Assembly: GCA_964291395.2 (NCBI GenBank)
Contig: OZ219856.1
Span: 1,056,001-1,120,000, forward strand
Direction: 5' to 3'
From: Alphaproteobacteria bacterium
GTDB lineage: Bacteria > Pseudomonadota > Alphaproteobacteria > UBA2966
DNA: 64,000 nucleotides
This document shows positions 49,876 to 59,998 of the stretch, piece after piece. A program made the position numbers and the translations under genes. Below the pieces are notes generated by a model. It was not told where the DNA came from. It was given only the letters and a program-made list of their open reading frames with translations, and ran no database searches. Each line of letters opens with the position of its first letter. Within the stretch, counting starts at the first letter, position 1.

Positions 49876-50316
49876 TCAAGCGTCCCTGGCGCGACCGCCG
49901 CCCTTTCCCTTGCGTCCCAGCCCAATCTTTTTGGCGAATTGCGACCGCTGCTTCGCGTAGTTCGGCGCCACCATTGGATAGTCCGATGGAAGCCCCCATT
50001 TGGCGCGGTATTCGTCGGGTGTCATGTTGTACGCAGAACGCAAATGGCGTTTCAGCATCTTGAGGCGCTTTCCGTCCTCGAGACACACGATGTAATCGGG
50101 CGTGATGGATCGTCGAACCGGCACCGCGGGCTTGGAATTGTCGCGATCTTCTACCGGGACGCGGCCGACGGACGACAACGTAGCGTGGACCGTCTTGATG
50201 ACATCCGGCAGCTGCTCCGCAGAGAGGGTATTGTGGCTTACGTACGCCGCGGCAATGTCTGACGCCATGTGAAGGAGTTCGGCGTCAGAAACGCCCGAAT
50301 GTTTGTCTTCCACCAT
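49876..50316 (-). CDS. mucR: Ros/MucR family zinc-finger transcriptional regulator
   Basis: PAVPVRRSITPDYIVCLEDGKRLKMLKRHL...YRAKWGLPSDYPMVAPNY. Confidence 0.95.
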   Translation of the reverse strand: MVEDKHSGVSDAELLHMASDIAAAYVSHNTLSAEQLPDVIKTVHATLSSVGRVPVEDRDNSKPAVPVRRSITPDYIVCLEDGKRLKMLKRHLRSAYNMTPDEYRAKWGLPSDYPMVAPNYAKQRSQFAKKIGLGRKGKGGGRARDA

Positions 50317-50614
50317 TATTTAGTCCCCCGACGGTCATTAATTCTTCGGTTTTCTTAACCAATTCTCAAGGATGTCCTGCAACGTCACGGCAATGTTAGT
50401 GAGGCGTCGCTATCATTACAAGGTCTCTTCCGCCACCCCATATCCGTATGCTTCCCGTTCGAGACATTGAGGGTTGGTTTACCGGAGGTGGCGTTCTCCG
50501 GTATGCTCAACGTCAGATCGAGACGATTTGGTAGCAGTTGGCACACCCGGACGCGGCAAGCCACGAGACTGTCCGGCATCCTCGTGGAGCCCCAATCAAA
50601 GGGAGTACAATCCA

Positions 50615-51916
50615 ATGTCCAAAATCCTTTCGACGCGCTTGAGCCGGCGCCGGCTGCTCAGTGCCGCCACAACGGCGGCGGGCACTCTGGCGGCGGTGAA
50701 CTTGTTCCCGCGTCGCGTATTCGGCGCGGATCCCGTGATCAAGATCGGTTTTCTCGCCCCCCTGACCGGCGATGTGGCCGCCTGGGGCAAGCCCGGGCTC
50801 GACGGCTGCCGAATCTGGGGTGAATGGATCAACGCGGCAGGCGGGATCAATATCGGCGGCCAGGCTCACAAGGTCGAATTCGTCGCCTACGACAACGAGT
50901 ACGATCCTGCCAAGGCACGCGCTGGCGCGACCAAGCTGATCCGTGAGGACGGCGTCAAATTCATTATGATGCTCGGCGGAGACACGTGGCCAGGTGTCCA
51001 GCCGGTGGCGGACAATACGGGCATGCTGTTCTCGACGCTGCTGCCCTCGGATCTCTCTCCTGACACGGCGACGCTGGTCGCTCCGGCGGAGGTGCATCCG
51101 ATTTACAACGTCACGGGCGTGGACTGGCTGGGGCGGAACCGCCCGGAGTTGAAGTCCTACGTGATCTGCGCGCAGGACGACGCCCTGGGCATCCCCTCCG
51201 TGGCGACCTACCTCGCCGCCTTCGAAGCGGCGGGAATCGAACGCCTCGGCGATCCGCTGCTGTTCGATCCGGCGACTACCGACTTCGCGCCGGTGGTGAC
51301 GAGGATGTTGGCCTCGAAGCCGGACATCGTGTGTCTGGACACGGCTTACACCGACTATGTGCACCCAATATGCGAGCAGCTCTACCTGCAACGCTTCGAG
51401 GGCCAGATCATCTCCTGCACCGCGGATTTCTACGACAAGATCATCGAGCGTACGTCGCGAGAGTTCGTCGAGGGTTTGGTGTTTCAATTCCCCGACTTCG
51501 ACGATCCGGCGCTTGAGACCCAGGGCGTCAACTTCCGCAATCCGAACCAGTTTTTCGAGGAGTACGCCAAGCGCTATCCGGGGGAATGGGGCGCCGTTTC
51601 CTGGGAGTACGCCTCGATCATGGATCTGTGGATGGCCGCCGCCGAAAAGGCCGGCTCCGCCGAGCCCGACGCCGTGCTCGCCGCGATGAAGGAAGGCGGA
51701 AAGGGCCTGCACGCGTTCGGAGAGGCCGACTGGTGGGGCACCGAGCTCTTCGGCATTGACAACGCTCTGGTCGGCAACTGGCCCGTGGTAGTCATCGAGA
51801 ACGGCAAGGCCGTGATCAAGGAGTTCGGCAATATCCCCGAGTGGTGGGCCAAGCATGGTGACCTGCTCGTCAAGCACATGGAAGCTTACGGGCAGATGCA
51901 CTATCAGCGCGGCTGA
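50615..51916 (+). CDS. HAAT-type ABC substrate-binding protein with a Tat-like signal
   Basis: SRRRLL twin-arginine leader; IKIGFLAPLTGDVAAWG...INAAGG periplasmic binding fold. Confidence 0.88.
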   Translation: MSKILSTRLSRRRLLSAATTAAGTLAAVNLFPRRVFGADPVIKIGFLAPLTGDVAAWGKPGLDGCRIWGEWINAAGGINIGGQAHKVEFVAYDNEYDPAKARAGATKLIREDGVKFIMMLGGDTWPGVQPVADNTGMLFSTLLPSDLSPDTATLVAPAEVHPIYNVTGVDWLGRNRPELKSYVICAQDDALGIPSVATYLAAFEAAGIERLGDPLLFDPATTDFAPVVTRMLASKPDIVCLDTAYTDYVHPICEQLYLQRFEGQIISCTADFYDKIIERTSREFVEGLVFQFPDFDDPALETQGVNFRNPNQFFEEYAKRYPGEWGAVSWEYASIMDLWMAAAEKAGSAEPDAVLAAMKEGGKGLHAFGEADWWGTELFGIDNALVGNWPVVVIENGKAVIKEFGNIPEWWAKHGDLLVKHMEAYGQMHYQRG

Positions 51917-52032
51917 TCTTGCGTATCCCGTGTCCTCCGGGACAAGACCGCCCCGGCGCCTAACGGCGTCGGGTATACCGTTGAGTTCCACCCAACCGTC
52001 GGGAGCCTCAATCACGGCATGACGGGTCGGCC

Positions 52033-52902
52033 ATGACCGAGTTGCTGCTCCAGACCGTGGTGAACGCGACCTACGCTGCCAGCTATCTGGCGCTCGTTGC
52101 CGTCGGGCTCGTGCTGATCTTCGGCGTCATGGGCATTATCAACTTCGCTCACGGCGAGTTCTACATGCTCGGCGCCTATTGCGTGGTCGCCGTCTACGCG
52201 GATCTGGCGTTACCGTTCCTGCTCTCGGTGGCAGTGGGGCTGGTGTTCGTAAGCCTCGTCGGGATGGCTGCGGAACGGGCGCTATTCCGCCCGATGCGCG
52301 AGAATCCCCTGGGCGGGCTGGTTGTATCGATAGGGCTGCTGCTCATCCTGCAATCGCTCGCGACCCTCGGGTTCGGCGTGCGCATGGAACACATCCCGCC
52401 TCCGTCGCAGACCGTGGTCCAGCTCGTCGAGGGAGTCGGCATTCCCCTGCAGCGGCTGGTCGTGATTCTGGCCGCCGTGGCGCTCCTCGGCGCGCTCTGG
52501 CTGTTCCTGCGCCGCACCCGATGGGGCTGGGCGCTTCGGGCGAGCGCTCAGGACCCCGAGGCGGCGGCGCTTCAGGGCATTTCGATGGCTGTCGCCTCCC
52601 GCATCGCGTTCGCGATCGGCGCCGCCCTCGCGGGAGTTGCGGGCGCCCTCACGGCGCCGCTGGTGCGCACCTACCCGTACATGGGCCACTCGGTCATCGT
52701 CGCCGCTTTCATCGTCATCATCGTGGGCGGCATCGGAAGCCTTGAGGGGGCAGTGCTCGCGGCGATCGCCTACGCGTTTGCTCACACCTTCGTGACCACC
52801 TTCGTGGACGGCGTGATCGCCGACGTCGTCGGGCTGCTCCTGATGCTCGCGGTATTGATCGTCAAGCCAACGGGCTTGTTCGGAAGCCGTGATCGTGCCT
52901 GA
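52033..52902 (+). CDS. HAAT-type ABC permease (LivH-like)
   Basis: GLVLIFGVMGIINFAHGE...IVGGIGSLEG. Confidence 0.9.
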   Translation: MTELLLQTVVNATYAASYLALVAVGLVLIFGVMGIINFAHGEFYMLGAYCVVAVYADLALPFLLSVAVGLVFVSLVGMAAERALFRPMRENPLGGLVVSIGLLLILQSLATLGFGVRMEHIPPPSQTVVQLVEGVGIPLQRLVVILAAVALLGALWLFLRRTRWGWALRASAQDPEAAALQGISMAVASRIAFAIGAALAGVAGALTAPLVRTYPYMGHSVIVAAFIVIIVGGIGSLEGAVLAAIAYAFAHTFVTTFVDGVIADVVGLLLMLAVLIVKPTGLFGSRDRA

Positions 52903-53890
52903 AACACGCGCGCTGCGCATTTTCGGCGCGCTCGCGCTCGCCGCCGCCCTGGTGGCGCTGCCGCACGTGCTGAGCTTCTCCCAGCAGGAGATCCTGGTCT
53001 TTCTCGTCATCAACGTCCTGCTGGTTATGAGCTATCGGTTCCTGGCGCTGACCGGAGAGTGGTCGCTGGGGCACGTGGTCATGATGGGCGTGGGGGCCTA
53101 TGCCAGCGCCATCGTGAGCAAACGACTCGGCTTCCCGGTTCCGCTGGCGATGTTTACGGGTGCCGCGGTGGCGGCGGTCGTTGCTTGGTTGCTGAGCTTC
53201 CCCCTGTTCCGCATGAAGGGGTTCTATTTCCTGATCGGCTCCTTCGCCGCCGGAGAAGTCATTCGCCTGCTGTGGAAACGGTTCCGCGATCCCTTCGGAG
53301 GTCCCAAGGGCCTGAAACGGATCGACGAGTTGCCGGACATCGAGCTCGGCGCGCTGCAAATCGATTTCTTCGATCCCGTCGCCTACTACTACTTTTGCCT
53401 GATCGTCGTAGTGGTCTCCCTCTGGTTCCTCTTTCGCGTCGAACGCTCGCGCGTCGGCCTGACCTTCCATGCCATCCACTGGCGCGACAACCTGGCGGCG
53501 TCGGTCGGTGTCGACACGCGCGGCTACCGTACGCTCGCCCTCGTCATCGCCTCGTTTTTCGCCGGGCTGTCGGGAACGCTATTTGCGCACTACGTGGGCG
53601 CTATCAATCCGAACCGCTTCAGCGTCGAAGAAATGGTGTACGTCCTAACCTGGGCGATCGTCGGCGGCACCGCTACGTTCTACGGGCCGATTCTGGGAGT
53701 GGTTCTCCTTACGGCGCTGAACGAGGTGGTGTTTCGCGAGCTCGGATTGGAGCAGGCGCGTCCCCTGATGTATGGCGTCGTCCTCATCGCCTTCGTGATG
53801 TTCCTGCCACGCGGAATCGAAAGCGTCGTGCCGCGACTTCTGCGGGTGGGAGGCGGACTTTCGCTGTCCGGCGGGCGGCGTGGAACCTGA
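52889..53890 (+). CDS. HAAT-type ABC permease (LivM-like)
   Basis: TGEWSLGH...RMKGFYF...IVGGTATFYGP. Confidence 0.9.
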   Translation: MIVPETRALRIFGALALAAALVALPHVLSFSQQEILVFLVINVLLVMSYRFLALTGEWSLGHVVMMGVGAYASAIVSKRLGFPVPLAMFTGAAVAAVVAWLLSFPLFRMKGFYFLIGSFAAGEVIRLLWKRFRDPFGGPKGLKRIDELPDIELGALQIDFFDPVAYYYFCLIVVVVSLWFLFRVERSRVGLTFHAIHWRDNLAASVGVDTRGYRTLALVIASFFAGLSGTLFAHYVGAINPNRFSVEEMVYVLTWAIVGGTATFYGPILGVVLLTALNEVVFRELGLEQARPLMYGVVLIAFVMFLPRGIESVVPRLLRVGGGLSLSGGRRGT

Positions 53891-53891
53891 C

Positions 53892-54656
53892 ATGGAGGTG
53901 CTTCGCGTAGAGGGACTGGTCAAGCGCTTTGCCGGTATCGTCGCGGTCGACGGCCTCGACCTCGCGGTACGCGAGGGAGAGATCCGCGGTCTTATCGGAC
54001 CGAACGGCGCGGGCAAGACGACGACCTTCAACGTAATCAGCGGCCTGTTCGCGCCGAGTGCCGGCCGCATCGTCTATCGCGGCGAGGATGTTTCCGGACT
54101 GCCGATGCACCGGATCGCGGGCAAGGGCTTGGTGCGTACCTTCCAGCATTCGACATTGTGTCTGGAGATGCGGGTTTTCGAAAACGTGCTGATCGGGCGT
54201 CATCTCCACAACCGTTCCGATCCCGTATCCTTGCTGTTCCGTCGGGGGCGCTGGCGGGAGGCGGAGGACCGCGAGCATGTCGACGAAGTCCTGCGTTTCT
54301 TCGAGTTGGAGCCCCATCGCGACGCGCTCGCGTCAGAGCTCCCCTACGGCGCTCAGCGGGCGCTCGGCATGGCGATCGCGCTTGCGGCCGGGCCGGACAC
54401 CATCCTGCTCGATGAACCGTTCACCGGCATGAACCCAGAGGAAACACGCCGCATGATGGGGCTGGTCGAAGCGCTGCGAGAGCGCGGCATCACCATTCTT
54501 CTCGTCGAGCACGACATGCAGGCGGTCATGGGGCTTTGCGATCGTATTACGGTGATGAACTTCGGCCGCTTTCTCGCAGAGGGAACCCCGGCGGAGATCC
54601 GTGCTGACGCCAGGGTCGTCGAAGCCTATCTCGGAAGCTCCCGCCGTGCTTCTTGA
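53892..54656 (+). CDS. ABC ATPase (LivG-like)
   Basis: [27 protein letters not shown]. Confidence 0.92.
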   Translation: MEVLRVEGLVKRFAGIVAVDGLDLAVREGEIRGLIGPNGAGKTTTFNVISGLFAPSAGRIVYRGEDVSGLPMHRIAGKGLVRTFQHSTLCLEMRVFENVLIGRHLHNRSDPVSLLFRRGRWREAEDREHVDEVLRFFELEPHRDALASELPYGAQRALGMAIALAAGPDTILLDEPFTGMNPEETRRMMGLVEALRERGITILLVEHDMQAVMGLCDRITVMNFGRFLAEGTPAEIRADARVVEAYLGSSRRAS

Positions 54657-55353
54657 GCTCCGGGAGGCAAGCGTCGCCTACAATATGGTGCGGGCGTTGC
54701 ATCGGGTCAGCATGACCGTGCCGCTTGGCGGGATCGTCACCATCATCGGTGCCAACGGGGCCGGAAAGACCACCGCGTTGCGTGCCATATCGGGCTTGGT
54801 TAGGCTCGCGGAGGGGGAAATCGTGTTCGCCGGTGATCGCATCGACGGAATGGCTCCCGACCGGATCGCGGCGCGCGGCGTCGGGCACGTGCCGGAGGGA
54901 CGCCGTGTGTTTCCCGACCTCACGGTCGAGGAGAACCTACGTACTGGCGCGTTCCTCCGCCGCGATGTTGATCAGGTTCGCCGCGACCTTGAGGATGTCT
55001 ATGGCCGCTTTCCTCGCCTGGCCGAACGCCGGAGGCAATACGCCCGCACTCTGTCCGGCGGAGAGCAGCAGATGCTCGCCATCGGCCGCGCCCTCATGCT
55101 GCGGCCGCGACTGCTGCTTCTCGACGAACCCTCCATGGGACTGGCTCCGGTCGTGGTGGAAGAAATCGCCCGCATCGTCCTCGAGATCAGCGGGACGGGT
55201 GTTCCCATCGTGCTCGTAGAGCAGAACGCGGAAATGGCGCTCGAGCTGGCGGACTATGCCTACGTCCTGGAAACGGGCTCGGTAACCTTGCAGGGAGACG
55301 CGGAAGAACTGCATGGGAACGAGCATGTCCGTCGCGCCTATCTTGGCGGCTGA
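54646..55353 (+). CDS. ABC ATPase (LivF-like)
   Basis: GANGAGKTT, PEGRRVF, LSGGEQQML, LDEPSMG. Confidence 0.92.
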   Translation: MLLELREASVAYNMVRALHRVSMTVPLGGIVTIIGANGAGKTTALRAISGLVRLAEGEIVFAGDRIDGMAPDRIAARGVGHVPEGRRVFPDLTVEENLRTGAFLRRDVDQVRRDLEDVYGRFPRLAERRRQYARTLSGGEQQMLAIGRALMLRPRLLLLDEPSMGLAPVVVEEIARIVLEISGTGVPIVLVEQNAEMALELADYAYVLETGSVTLQGDAEELHGNEHVRRAYLGG

Positions 55354-55921
55354 TCGTCCCGGAGGTCCGCGGCCAGCCGGCTGGCGCCGCTCCGACCTAT
55401 GGTGGGAGCGCGTGCAAGTACGCGCCAAGAAGTTCCAACTCGAGGGGAACGTTCGGGCGGCGGCACGCTGCTGGACGTTCGGTCACCTGCTCGGAGTGCT
55501 CTTTTTTCCGGCGAACGATCCGCGCTCCGCCTGCGGCCTTGCCAACGCCGCTGCCGCCGCACGCCTCCACGGCCGGGTTCGGGCCGCGGAACTTCGGCTG
55601 CGCAGGGCGAGGGTGCTCTGGTCCGGGGTGCCGGATTGGCTCGAAACGATGCGCCTTGCGCCTCGAGCACGCAGTTCGCTTTACCATCTGCGGATGACCG
55701 TTCGCCACGGCGACACATTCGATCGTGCGCTCAAGGCGCGCCTGATGGAGCAGGTCCGGGAAGCCGAAGAGCGGCTGATCGAGGGCACGCTCGAACCGCC
55801 GGGAGACACGAGCCGATGGGTCGTCGAGCGCCCGCCGGTCTATGATGATACGCGCCGGCTTGCGGCGGCCTGCTTTCTGCTCGCCTTCGCGGGTCCCAGG
55901 CGGGAGCGCGACGATCGATGA
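55343..55921 (+). CDS. Hypothetical helical protein at the end of the ABC operon
   Basis: Overlaps the ATPase stop; Trp/Arg-rich with NDPRSACGLANAA and PRARSSLYHLRM; start codon uncertain. Confidence 0.6.
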   Translation: MAADRPGGPRPAGWRRSDLWWERVQVRAKKFQLEGNVRAAARCWTFGHLLGVLFFPANDPRSACGLANAAAAARLHGRVRAAELRLRRARVLWSGVPDWLETMRLAPRARSSLYHLRMTVRHGDTFDRALKARLMEQVREAEERLIEGTLEPPGDTSRWVVERPPVYDDTRRLAAACFLLAFAGPRRERDDR

Positions 55922-56030
55922 AGCATACCGTCGCGAGGCCGTGCCCTTGCTGCCGGGGCAGCCCGGGTCCGGCGATCGTGGAGCCCGGCCCTCGCGCTGA
56001 AGGGGGACGAGGACGCGGCCGGATCGGTGT

Positions 56031-58388
56031 TCAGCCTCGAACGCGCCGTTTTTCCGGGTCGTAGTGCGGGAAGGGCGCGACCGTCGCGGGAAGCCGCTTC
56101 TGTTCCCCGTCGAGCTTGCCGATCTCGACGTGCTTTCCTGGCCCGGCATGGAGAACGTCCAGCCGAGCGAGGGCGATGACCCGGCCGAGCGTCGGGGAGC
56201 GGGTCGCCGACGTCACGGCCCCGACCCGACTCCGCCCGACGTAGAGGCCGTCTCCACCGGCCGGTACCTCGCCACCCTCGATGTCGAGACCCACCAACCT
56301 GCGGTTCGGGTTGGCCGAGCGGCGTTCGAGCGCCTCGCGACCGATGAAATCTTCGTTCTTGGTGCGCAGCGGCACCGTGAAGCCGATTCCCGCCTCGAAG
56401 GGATCGGTCTCGTCATCGAACTCGCAACCGGCGAAGACGAGTCCGGCCTCGACGCGTAACATGTCCAGTGCCTCCAGTCCGAACGGGGAGAGGCGAAATT
56501 CCTCCCCCGCCGTCCAGATTGCGTCGAACACCGCGTTCGCGTCTTTCGGGTGACAGAATATCTCGTAGCCCAGCTCGCCGGTGTACCCGGTTCGCGAAAT
56601 GAGCATGGCTGGGCCGTCGAAGCCACCGATGCGGCCCACGGTAAAGCGAAACCACGGGAGTTCCTCGACGGTGGGACGGGCAGGGGGGGTCCAAACGAAC
56701 TTGGCCAGAATCTCCCGGCTTCGCGGGCCCTGGAGCGCTAGGTTGTGCAGATGATCCGTGGAAGGCTTGACCCAGGCGTTCAAACCGCGCCGCTCGGCTT
56801 GGTCGCGGAGCCACAGTCCTGACCGGTCGCTTCCGCCCACCCATCGGAAATTGTCGTTGCCCAGCCGGTAAATGGTGCCGTCATCGATCATGCCGCCGTG
56901 TTCGTGACACATGGCGGTATAGACGACCTGACCGACGGCGAGCCTCCGCACGTCGCGCGTCACGCAGTGCTGTAAGAGTGTCTCGGCGTCGGGTCCGAGG
57001 ACTTCGTACTTCCGCAAGGGAGAGAGGTCCGTGAGAGCGGCCCTTTCGCGGCAGGCCCAGTACTCGTCGATGGCGCCGTGACCGGTATAGTCCAGGGCCA
57101 GCCAGTAGCCGTTGTACTCCGCGAAGTTCCGGGTGCGCTCAGCCAGGCGTTCATGGAATGCCGTCTCCTTGGTCATGGCGGGCTCCGCGTCGGGGGTTGC
57201 TCGATAGGCGATCGCCTGCCGGAACGTCCGCCCGACGTCGTAGACACGGACCTGGATGTCGGTCGGCTCCCAGCCGTTCGCCGGGTCGATGTCGCAGGGG
57301 CAGGCCGTCGAGAAGCAGACGAGGTCGGTGAGCGCCCGAAGCAGCACGTAGTCGCCCGGCCGCGACCACGGATCATCCATGCCGATGCCGTTCGCCGAAT
57401 CGAGTATGGTGTTGTAGAAGAAATTGATGGCCGGCCAGCCGGCTCGGGCCGCGATCCCATAGCGTTCCGCTTCCGCGTTCAGGTTGTCCGAGCAATTCAC
57501 GTGACCGGGATAGCCGAGGTCTTCGTAATAGCGTGCCGTGCAGGCGAGATTGAAGGCATCGTGGCGCCCCACCGTATCCTGAACGATCTCCACCATCGGC
57601 GTTTGGGCCATCGAGAAATACTTCGCGTAGAGGCCGGGTTCCGGGTAGGCGATGCCGGTCATGGACCTGGTGGTCGTGGGATCGATGTCACGGACCTCGC
57701 CGCGTTCCAGCGCGCGCATCTCCCAGGCCTGGAAATCGGAACATTGGCGCCCCTGTACGTCGACGACCTGGATAAACTGCCCGGCTTCGACCTCGTAGGC
57801 GCGCGCGGTACCCGGATCGAGGTTGAAATCCTGGACCGGATCGGCGAGCGGTGGCGGCGGGTGGCGGCGGTCCGTGTTTCGAGCCGTGGCGCGGCGCACG
57901 TAAAGCACGATTTCGCTGGGTGGGTTCCACCCACCGGGGTCCATGGGCGAGGCCGGAACGCCGACGACCAGGGTTCCCGCTTCTCCGGCCGGGAGATGAA
58001 CGGTGTCTCCCGCACGCGACTCCGCGCCGAACAGGCGACCGCATTCCGCGTGCGCGATGTCGCACGCCGTGGCTTCGAGCGCTCTGCGGACATGCAACGC
58101 AGAGGCCTCGTCGCCGCTCAGGATGCCGGCTATCCCGCTCACCACGCTGCCTCCAGGGTCGAGGCCGAGGGCGCCGAGGGCGGAACGCCCCTCGCGATCG
58201 AAGTACGCCACCTCGCAGAGCTGCAGCCCGTAGCGGTCTTCGACGACGATTTCGTCGCCGGCCTCGATGACCAGCGTGCGGGTGCCGCCGCCGGGGATCG
58301 GGTAGCGCTCGGTATCCGGTGCCAGCACAGGCAGACCGGGAAGAAGCGCCCGGCCACGTCGTCCCGGCAAGATTTGCGGGGCCGGCAT
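56031..58388 (-). CDS. tdm: Trimethylamine N-oxide demethylase (DUF1989 plus aminomethyltransferase fusion)
   Basis: 785 aa; QCSDF, DTVGRHDAFNLAC...GHVNCSDN, TACPCDIDPANGW, followed by GcvT-like DLSPLRKYEV and SRTGYTGELGYE; directly downstream of tmm. Confidence 0.9.
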   Translation of the reverse strand: MPAPQILPGRRGRALLPGLPVLAPDTERYPIPGGGTRTLVIEAGDEIVVEDRYGLQLCEVAYFDREGRSALGALGLDPGGSVVSGIAGILSGDEASALHVRRALEATACDIAHAECGRLFGAESRAGDTVHLPAGEAGTLVVGVPASPMDPGGWNPPSEIVLYVRRATARNTDRRHPPPPLADPVQDFNLDPGTARAYEVEAGQFIQVVDVQGRQCSDFQAWEMRALERGEVRDIDPTTTRSMTGIAYPEPGLYAKYFSMAQTPMVEIVQDTVGRHDAFNLACTARYYEDLGYPGHVNCSDNLNAEAERYGIAARAGWPAINFFYNTILDSANGIGMDDPWSRPGDYVLLRALTDLVCFSTACPCDIDPANGWEPTDIQVRVYDVGRTFRQAIAYRATPDAEPAMTKETAFHERLAERTRNFAEYNGYWLALDYTGHGAIDEYWACRERAALTDLSPLRKYEVLGPDAETLLQHCVTRDVRRLAVGQVVYTAMCHEHGGMIDDGTIYRLGNDNFRWVGGSDRSGLWLRDQAERRGLNAWVKPSTDHLHNLALQGPRSREILAKFVWTPPARPTVEELPWFRFTVGRIGGFDGPAMLISRTGYTGELGYEIFCHPKDANAVFDAIWTAGEEFRLSPFGLEALDMLRVEAGLVFAGCEFDDETDPFEAGIGFTVPLRTKNEDFIGREALERRSANPNRRLVGLDIEGGEVPAGGDGLYVGRSRVGAVTSATRSPTLGRVIALARLDVLHAGPGKHVEIGKLDGEQKRLPATVAPFPHYDPEKRRVRG

Positions 58389-58419
58389 CGGCGGGTGCTC
58401 TGCTTGCCGCGTCCGGTCT

Positions 58420-59766
58420 CTACCCGCCCGCGTTGTTCACGAAGGACTCGAGGGAATCGTCCATGGCCGACAGCCAGGGAACGCTGGGTAGTGGCGCCAT
58501 GGTGCCCGTGCAGGGGGAACGGAACGCCTTGTTCCGGTAGGCCGTGATGTCGTCGATCTTATGGTGCTCCCACTCCTTGAACGCCGCCACCGTGAGATCG
58601 ACGTCGAACTTCGGGTAGTCGACGACGTCGAGGAGGTCCCGCATGTAATCGGCCTGGAAATCGATTTCTTGATAGGGATCCTCCAGCGCCTCCTCCCGCG
58701 CGACCCAGCTGGCGATGTCCTCGGCCATGGCGGCGGCGGAGGGCAGTGCCGTCCGCCCCATGACCACGTCCCGGGCGTACCACGCCTGCGCGTCGAACAT
58801 GGTGAACGTGTAGTACTGGTCCTGCATTCCCAGATAGATGAGCCGCGGATTTTTCTCGAACACCACCCCCTTGTAGAGAGCCGGTGGATAGAGCCGATTG
58901 CCGGTGTGCAGCCTGAGCGCGTCCTCGAGGAAGGGGAAGTGGTGCAAGTAGCCCGTGCAGAGGATGAGCGCGTCGAACTCCTTGCTGGTGCCGTCCTTGA
59001 AGTGAGCCACGCGTCCGTCGAAGCGCTGTACGAGCGGCCGTTCGTCCATGGTCTCGGGCCATTTGAACCCCATGGCTCCGGTCCGGTATGTCATGGTCAC
59101 CGACTTGGCGCCGTACTTGTGGCATTGCAGGGCGATGTCCTCTGCCGAGTAGCTGGCGCCGACGACCAGCACGTCTTGGCCCGCGAACTGCGCCGCGTCC
59201 CGGAAGTCGTGCGCGTGGAGCGCGCGTCCGGTGAAGGTCTCGATACCGTCGAAATGGGGCACGTTGGGGACCGAGAAATGCCCGGTGGCGACGATAACGT
59301 TGTCAAACAGTTCGGAACGGGTGCCGCCGGATTCGAGCTCGTCGGCGGTGAGAACGAATTTTTCCCTTTCAGCGTCCCAGTACACGTATCGCGCTTCTGT
59401 ACCGAAGCGAACGCAATCCCGCATGCCGCTCTTATCGGCACGTCCCCGGATATAGTCGGCCATAACCCCGCGCGGCGGAAACGAGGGGATCGGCTTGCCG
59501 AAATGCTCTTCGAAGGGGTAATCGGCGAACTCCAGGCATTCCTTGGGGCCGTTGGACCAAAGGTAGCGGTACATGCTGGTGTGCACGGATTCGCCATGGG
59601 TGCCGGTACCCGTGCGCCAAGTGTAGTTCCAAAGTCCGCCCCAATCCGACTGCTTCTCGTAGCACACGACTTCCGGGATGTCCGAGCCCGCGGCCTTGGC
59701 CGCGGCAAAGGCGCAGAGCTGACCGAGGCCGCAGGGACCCGCGCCGATGATGGCCACTCGCTTCAT
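58420..59766 (-). CDS. tmm: Trimethylamine monooxygenase (bacterial FMO)
   Basis: IIGAGPCG, WGGLWNYTWRTG, SMYRYLWSNGPKECLEFADY, ATGHFSVPN, HAHDFR, GMQDQYYTF. Confidence 0.93.
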   Translation of the reverse strand: MKRVAIIGAGPCGLGQLCAFAAAKAAGSDIPEVVCYEKQSDWGGLWNYTWRTGTGTHGESVHTSMYRYLWSNGPKECLEFADYPFEEHFGKPIPSFPPRGVMADYIRGRADKSGMRDCVRFGTEARYVYWDAEREKFVLTADELESGGTRSELFDNVIVATGHFSVPNVPHFDGIETFTGRALHAHDFRDAAQFAGQDVLVVGASYSAEDIALQCHKYGAKSVTMTYRTGAMGFKWPETMDERPLVQRFDGRVAHFKDGTSKEFDALILCTGYLHHFPFLEDALRLHTGNRLYPPALYKGVVFEKNPRLIYLGMQDQYYTFTMFDAQAWYARDVVMGRTALPSAAAMAEDIASWVAREEALEDPYQEIDFQADYMRDLLDVVDYPKFDVDLTVAAFKEWEHHKIDDITAYRNKAFRSPCTGTMAPLPSVPWLSAMDDSLESFVNNAGG

Positions 59767-59998
59767 GTTTTCCTCCCATCTCGATGGCCGGTCCGCGCGG
59801 TGCGGCGGGACCGATCCTGCATCCGGTACGTGGTACTGCCTAGACGATATTGTTCCGTTCGATACAAGGCAAGCCGCGCGACAGCCCGCACGATAGCCCG
59901 AGACTAGTCATCGCCGATGCCTCACCGAAACTTTGTGCGGTGTTGGCGCCGGCACGCGACATGTGGTACTAGACCGGGTAGCTCACGAACCGACTGTC

